A stretch of 20,000 nt of DNA, taken from an uncultured virus (IMG/VR IMGVR_UViG_3300027734_000064). Lineage: Duplodnaviria > Heunggongvirae > Uroviricota > Caudoviricetes > Crassvirales. A model generated the notes under the pieces. It saw only the letters and a list, made by a program, of their open reading frames with translations, ran no database searches and was not told the origin of the DNA. The stretch lies in IMG/VR virus record IMGVR_UViG_3300027734_000064. One strand, given 5' to 3'. This document shows, piece by piece, positions 16,353-20,000 of the stretch (position 1 is the first letter of the stretch; every line of letters begins with the position of its first letter). A program made the position numbers and the translations under genes.

Positions 16353-17209
16353 GATAAACTCTTTAGCATCTCAATTAGTCTCGGACATGGATATAACTCT
16401 ACATTATCTTTATATTTTTCAAAATACAAATCTATCAGTTGTCTGTCATAGATGTTCTCTTTTGCATAAGAAACTAAAAATCTATTATTTGTATTATTGT
16501 TATCTAGACATTTACTTAAAGTATGATGTGAAACTTTTAAAATATAAATTGCATGAGCAAAACTCATGTATTGTACTCCATTTACAATTATTTCTTTTCT
16601 GTTAACTTTACAAACTTTCGAAATAAATACTTGATAATAAGAATGCTTCTTTCCTAAAAATTTGTTTGAAATTTTATTTCTAGCTTCCGTAGAATGAGTT
16701 TTTCCATACATAACATTTGTTATTCTTCTTTGAGTTACACGTTCTTCTTTTGTGTATTTTTTTACTTTTAAAGAAGGATCAACAAAATTATAATCTGGCT
16801 CAAACATTGATTTTAATCTATACCTTATTGTTTTATCGTGAAGTCCTATAGCTCTACTTGCAGTAGATATAGAAGAATATTCCACGCCATTTATAACAAC
16901 AACTTTACCCTTATTAAATGCCGGATTATCGGATCCAAATAATATATCACCACCTGGTGTTATGTTTGCAAGGCATCCTGTATCGTCTGTTATTTTTCCG
17001 TACAATTTTATAAATTCAATTTCTTTTTCACAAGCTTCAGATCTTGATAATTCATTGAAAATTATTTGTACTTTGTAGTCTGTCTTAGCAACGATTTTGT
17101 TCCATATATCATTTCTACCTGTCCTAGCATTAGCTCTACGTAAATTTGTACCAATTCCTATATAAAATGGTTCATTTTTATCAAGTCTAATATGTCTGTA
17201 TAATATCAT
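16349..17209 (-). CDS. GIY-YIG homing endonuclease with NUMOD3 and NUMOD1/IENR1-like DNA-binding modules
   Basis: True start at 17209 (ATGA overlap with the amidase stop). Nuclease: ILYRH...PFYIGIG...R...E...LANITPGG. Binding modules: INGVEYSSISTASRAIG, MYGKTHSTEARNKIS and VNGVQYMSF. Markedly AT-rich. Confidence 0.85.
   Translation of the reverse strand: MILYRHIRLDKNEPFYIGIGTNLRRANARTGRNDIWNKIVAKTDYKVQIIFNELSRSEACEKEIEFIKLYGKITDDTGCLANITPGGDILFGSDNPAFNKGKVVVINGVEYSSISTASRAIGLHDKTIRYRLKSMFEPDYNFVDPSLKVKKYTKEERVTQRRITNVMYGKTHSTEARNKISNKFLGKKHSYYQVFISKVCKVNRKEIIVNGVQYMSFAHAIYILKVSHHTLSKCLDNNNTNNRFLVSYAKENIYDRQLIDLYFEKYKDNVELYPCPRLIEMLKSLS
16355..16393. repeat. Direct repeat copy A (endolysin C-terminal coding segment)
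   Basis: 33/39 nt identical to 17218-17256. Encodes YPCPRLIEMLKSL. Confidence 0.9.
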
Positions 17210-17841
17210 TTTTCTGTTAAACTTTTTAGCATTGCGATTAGTCTCGGGCATGGGTATGTGTCTGACTTTTCGTTGCGAACGCTCACGTGGGTGTACACTC
17301 CCGGCTTGCCCTCTAAGGCATCCTTGCACACTGCCCACATATTCTCATTGTATGCCAGTGGGATATTATACTTGTCGTTCCAAAGCAAGAGTAAGTGCTT
17401 TACAGCCTCGATCTGCTTGTCAGTGTACTTGTGGTAATACTTGTACCCTTTAAACTCAGTAGGTAGCTCCTCAACCTCGCTCTGTGGCACCTCACCGTTC
17501 ACGTAGTTGTAGAACTTGTCGCCCTTCTTGGTTAGGCCGCCCCATGCACATAGCTCAATGCCAATGCTCGTACGGTCAAGATTTCGGTACGGCAGCTTGT
17601 TGTTCGCGAAGGCCTGGTTCGTTAGACCCAAATGGTATGCCCACTTAGAACTTGGGAACCCCTGCACGATCTGGCCATCTTGCCCGATCACAATGCACGT
17701 CGCTACCGGTGTCGCATCTGATTGCCAGTACTTGAACACATTCTCAGCGTTCGGACCGCCAGCAGTATGATGCAAGTATATCTGCGTCTTTGGCGTTACC
17801 TCATTCTTGTAGTTCGTAAACTCAACTTGTTTGATTACCAT
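17206..17841 (-). CDS. N-acetylmuramoyl-L-alanine amidase (Amidase_2 family endolysin)
   Basis: IYLHHTAG, WAYHLG, SIGIELCAWG, YTDKQ, YTHVSVR..KSD.YP zinc-amidase motifs. Confidence 0.9.
   Translation of the reverse strand: MVIKQVEFTNYKNEVTPKTQIYLHHTAGGPNAENVFKYWQSDATPVATCIVIGQDGQIVQGFPSSKWAYHLGLTNQAFANNKLPYRNLDRTSIGIELCAWGGLTKKGDKFYNYVNGEVPQSEVEELPTEFKGYKYYHKYTDKQIEAVKHLLLLWNDKYNIPLAYNENMWAVCKDALEGKPGVYTHVSVRNEKSDTYPCPRLIAMLKSLTEK
17218..17256. repeat. Direct repeat copy B (current endolysin C-terminus)
   Basis: Encodes YPCPRLIAMLKSL. 33/39 nt identical to 16355-16393. Confidence 0.9.
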
Positions 17842-17842
17842 G

Positions 17843-18364
17843 TTACAAAGTTACCCAAAAATATTCAAAGTCAATTAGCGGCCTCTCCATCGCTCTGCGG
17901 TATAAGTACACATCCTTATCAAGCCCGAGAGCCTTGCACGCATTGGTGATGGTGTCGTATAGGTCTTGCGTGGCGATGTGACGTACCATGCGTACACGTT
18001 CTTTTCTTTTGCGTGGCTTCTTGAGGGCCTCGCGTTGGCTATCGCTCATTGTGCGCTTACCGCTTTGCCAGTCCTCTTGCATCATCTCTGAGGCGGTGAG
18101 CCATCTTAAGTTGCTGGCATTGTTGTTCTGCTTGTTCCCGTCAATATGCCTGACAAGCTTTTTGCCCTCAGGGTTTGGGACAAACGCATCAGCAACTAAC
18201 TGATGTACCATGAACACCCTTGGTTTTCTGGCAACAGATAGCGTGATGTTTCTGTAGCCGCCCGGAGTTGACTGATCCTTTAAAATCTTCTTACTTCCTC
18301 CAATTAAGCTCGTGATGATTCCGGCATCACTCACCATGTAACGATCAAATATAATTTTATTCAT
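17843..18364 (-). CDS. NUMOD4-HNH family protein (possibly inactive)
   Basis: YMVSDAG...GY..ITL...VHQLVADAFVPNP...VRHIDGNKQNNNASNLRW and a C-terminal HTH-like YDTITNACKALG. The start at 18364 follows a promoter box. Confidence 0.8.
   Translation of the reverse strand: MNKIIFDRYMVSDAGIITSLIGGSKKILKDQSTPGGYRNITLSVARKPRVFMVHQLVADAFVPNPEGKKLVRHIDGNKQNNNASNLRWLTASEMMQEDWQSGKRTMSDSQREALKKPRKRKERVRMVRHIATQDLYDTITNACKALGLDKDVYLYRRAMERPLIDFEYFWVTL
17846..17853 (-). promoter_or_regulatory. -7 promoter box TAACTTTG for endolysin
   Basis: 4 nt upstream of the ATG at 17841. Confidence 0.55.
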
Positions 18365-18368
18365 AATG

Positions 18369-18376
18369 CAAAGATA
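18369..18376 (-). promoter_or_regulatory. -7 promoter box TATCTTTG
   Basis: 4 nt upstream of the ATG at 18364. Confidence 0.6.
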
Positions 18377-18390
18377 AGTACAATATACCA

Positions 18391-18739
18391 TTTTTGTGTC
18401 GGTTTTTATTTTTTGGGGTCCGGCTTTTAATATTTATAACATTCTTTTAATATTCTTTTTTAATTTTTTTTTAAAATATAAAATAAATGTTGACACCTAT
18501 ATATAATTAAGTTATTGATTATCAATGAAAGTAGTATGTGCATTGTTTACAAATATCGACACAAAGTCGACACGGAATCGACACAAGGTGTTCAAAATCG
18601 ACACAAAGTGGGCTGTATTGTGTCGGTTTTGGGGTGAGGTGTGGTCATGCAGATAAAAAGAATTCATTAAAATGAACTCTTTTGTGTCGGTTTTTGTGTC
18701 GGGAATGTCAGGGCAATGTCAAAAATATGTCGCAAATTT
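18391..18739. repeat. Array of TCGACAC / TTGTGTCGG iteron-like repeats
   Basis: TCGACAC at 18556, 18567, 18578 and 18598. Inverted TTGTGTCGG at 18394, 18618, 18682 and 18694. Further TGTC at 18706, 18717 and 18728. Confidence 0.8.
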
Positions 18740-18754
18740 TGAGGTGATGGGTAT

Positions 18755-18960
18755 CCCCCCCCAAACTGGAGCAGCCCCCGCGAAAAGAAAACGGATCCTA
18801 TCCGCATGGGGGGGGTTCCGTTTCCAAAAAATCCTATCCGATTTTTTGCCTTTTTCCGTGGCGCTCGAGCGCGTCCCCGTTCCCGTCCTTGGCGCTACGA
18901 TTTGCGCCCGTTCCGTTTCCCGTTGGTTTGTCCCGTTCCATTGGGACGGGGTTATATTTT
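18755..18960. other. GC-rich structured non-coding block; candidate genome end or packaging site
   Basis: CCCCCCCCA (18755-18763) and TGGGGGGGG (18807-18815) form an inverted pair. ATCCTATCCG repeats at 18795 and 18831, and there are multiple CCGTT repeats. Lies at the late/early strand switch. Confidence 0.45.
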
Positions 18961-19175
18961 CGGCGGTCGATTTGTTGGGCGTATTATTTGCCTGTAGTTT
19001 CCCTGTACAATTTTAAGGCGCTGCGCTTTGTTCCCGTGGGATAAACCCGTCCCATTCAAAAAAATATTTCAACCCGTTTAAAAAAACTTTTTCCCCTAAC
19101 TAATTGACTATCAATAAAACATTGTCATAGTATTGTCACAAAATCAATTTATTCAATATTTTTTTCATATAGGTA

Positions 19176-19205
19176 TTGCTTATTCACAAATTATACATAT
19201 CTTTG
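19176..19205 (+). promoter_or_regulatory. Early promoter, Bacteroidota sigma-A type (TTG-N19-TATCTTTG)
   Basis: TTG at 19176-19178 and TATCTTTG at 19198-19205, 30 nt before the ATG at 19236. Confidence 0.7.
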
Positions 19206-19235
19206 TATTGTTAAGAAACAATAAAGATAAACACT

Positions 19236-19733
19236 ATGAAAGCCTACAAAGTAAGCGTGGACGCATTGCGCCTGGACGAGAGAAGTACGTACAATTCACA
19301 AACGTGGAACAAAAACATTGATAGAATGTTAATGTACAACGACGTGATTTTTTACAAAGTTGACAAGGGCGACGGGTACGAATATGACAGACATTTTTGC
19401 GAATATACATTAAACGACGGATTGAGATTATTTGCCTCATTCGACTATAGTTCTAGTATGACAAACGGCGGATTTTATCGTTTGGACATTGAAGGTATTA
19501 CCAACGACGGGCGCACAATAAAAGATTTGTACAACTTAGTTAGCGAAGGTAAAACTGAACAACTCAAACAACTTGCCGAAGAAATATCAAACGCTACACT
19601 TTTTAACATTGAATTTAACCCAATGTTTAACGAAGCGGGAGACAAGGTAGTAATTGCCACAACGCCAACGGCTCGCCAATGGATGATTGAGCGCTCAAAA
19701 AAATTCAACATGACATTCACAAAGGGCTTTTAA
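19236..19733 (+). CDS. Hypothetical early protein
   Basis: 165 aa with an A-rich leader and a promoter upstream. No recognisable motif. Confidence 0.75.
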   Translation: MKAYKVSVDALRLDERSTYNSQTWNKNIDRMLMYNDVIFYKVDKGDGYEYDRHFCEYTLNDGLRLFASFDYSSSMTNGGFYRLDIEGITNDGRTIKDLYNLVSEGKTEQLKQLAEEISNATLFNIEFNPMFNEAGDKVVIATTPTARQWMIERSKKFNMTFTKGF

Positions 19734-19743
19734 TTAAGCCCTT
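19722..19743. other. Hairpin (possible terminator or processing site)
   Basis: AAGGGCTT-TTAATT-AAGCCCTT, a perfect 8-bp stem over the stop codon. There is no good U-tract. Confidence 0.4.
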
Positions 19744-19759
19744 CAATAACCCTAAAAAA

Positions 19760-19864
19760 ATGATAAACGTAATTTTAACAATCGCAACACTTTGCTTAAT
19801 TGCATTATTTTTTACTGCTGTAATCGGCATTTATGAGATTTACCAAACCAACAACAAAGAATAA
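19760..19864 (+). CDS. Single-TM microprotein (34 aa)
   Basis: Read directly: MINVILTIATLCLIALFFTAVIGIYEIYQTNNKE, with a poly-A leader. Confidence 0.6.
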   Translation: MINVILTIATLCLIALFFTAVIGIYEIYQTNNKE

Positions 19865-19868
19865 CACT

Positions 19869-20000
19869 ATGAAATACATTTTTAGAAACGAAAATGAAAC
19901 GTTAACAATTGTAACTATTAACGTAACTAGTAACAAAAAAATTGCTATGAAAGGCGAAAATATTGTACAAACTTCACATTTCAGCAAAGAGCAATTTAAT
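19869..20000 (+). CDS. Hypothetical early protein (partial, runs off right edge)
   Basis: MKYIFRNENETLTIVTINVTSNKKIAMKGENIVQTSHFSKEQFN... Its leader is nearly identical to that of the gene at 19236. Confidence 0.65.
   Translation, partial: MKYIFRNENETLTIVTINVTSNKKIAMKGENIVQTSHFSKEQFN

Noticed and set aside
16394..17256. Group I intron interrupting the amidase
   Set aside because: The interval is fully occupied by a complete amidase tail and the endonuclease ORF, leaving no evident room or motifs for a ribozyme core. The amidase already ends intact.
17210..17338. N-terminal 43-aa extension of the GIY-YIG ORF given in the track
   Set aside because: It overlaps the amidase out of frame. The ATG at 17209 gives an ATGA coupling and begins right at the nuclease motif.
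18556..18610. CRISPR or mini-array
   Set aside because: The repeats are only 7-10 nt with 11-20 nt periods, there are no spacer-length unique segments, and no cas genes are present.
18672..19016. Plus-strand ORFs 18672-19016 and 18806-18997
   Set aside because: They are translations of repeat-rich, low-complexity GC-rich DNA with no promoter box or protein-like signal.
1..20000. Stop-codon reassignment, tRNA genes, integrase or diversity-generating retroelement
   Set aside because: Genes are intact under the standard code and end in TAA, TGA or TAG. No cloverleaf, recombinase, reverse transcriptase or TR/VR pair was recognised by eye.

Overview
This window is the late (morphogenesis and lysis) arm plus the start of the early arm of a tailed dsDNA phage. 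The host is very likely Bacteroidota, judged from repeated TAnnTTTG -7 promoter boxes and A-rich leaders without Shine-Dalgarno motifs. On the minus strand, in transcription order, it encodes a degenerate NUMOD4-HNH protein, an amidase endolysin, a GIY-YIG homing endonuclease, GroEL, GroES, a head-spike base, a beta-roll fibre, a Cys-free thioredoxin-fold protein, a holin, a cluster of Lys-rich microproteins, a u-spanin-like lipoprotein, a tandem double-GroES protein, small and large terminase, portal, scaffold and the major capsid protein (runs off the left edge; absent from the ORF track). One winged-helix gene lies on the plus strand. A ~870-bp non-coding region (18365-19235) with phased TGTC/GACA repeats, IHF-like sites and a C8/G8 inverted repeat separates this arm from plus-strand AT-rich early genes. 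The highlights are a three-component phage chaperonin system (possibly single-ring GroEL, roofless GroES and a Cpn20-like double GroES coupled to terminase), a homing endonuclease that duplicated the endolysin 3' end, and near-leaderless late promoters. All calls come from motif reading; no database searches were run.
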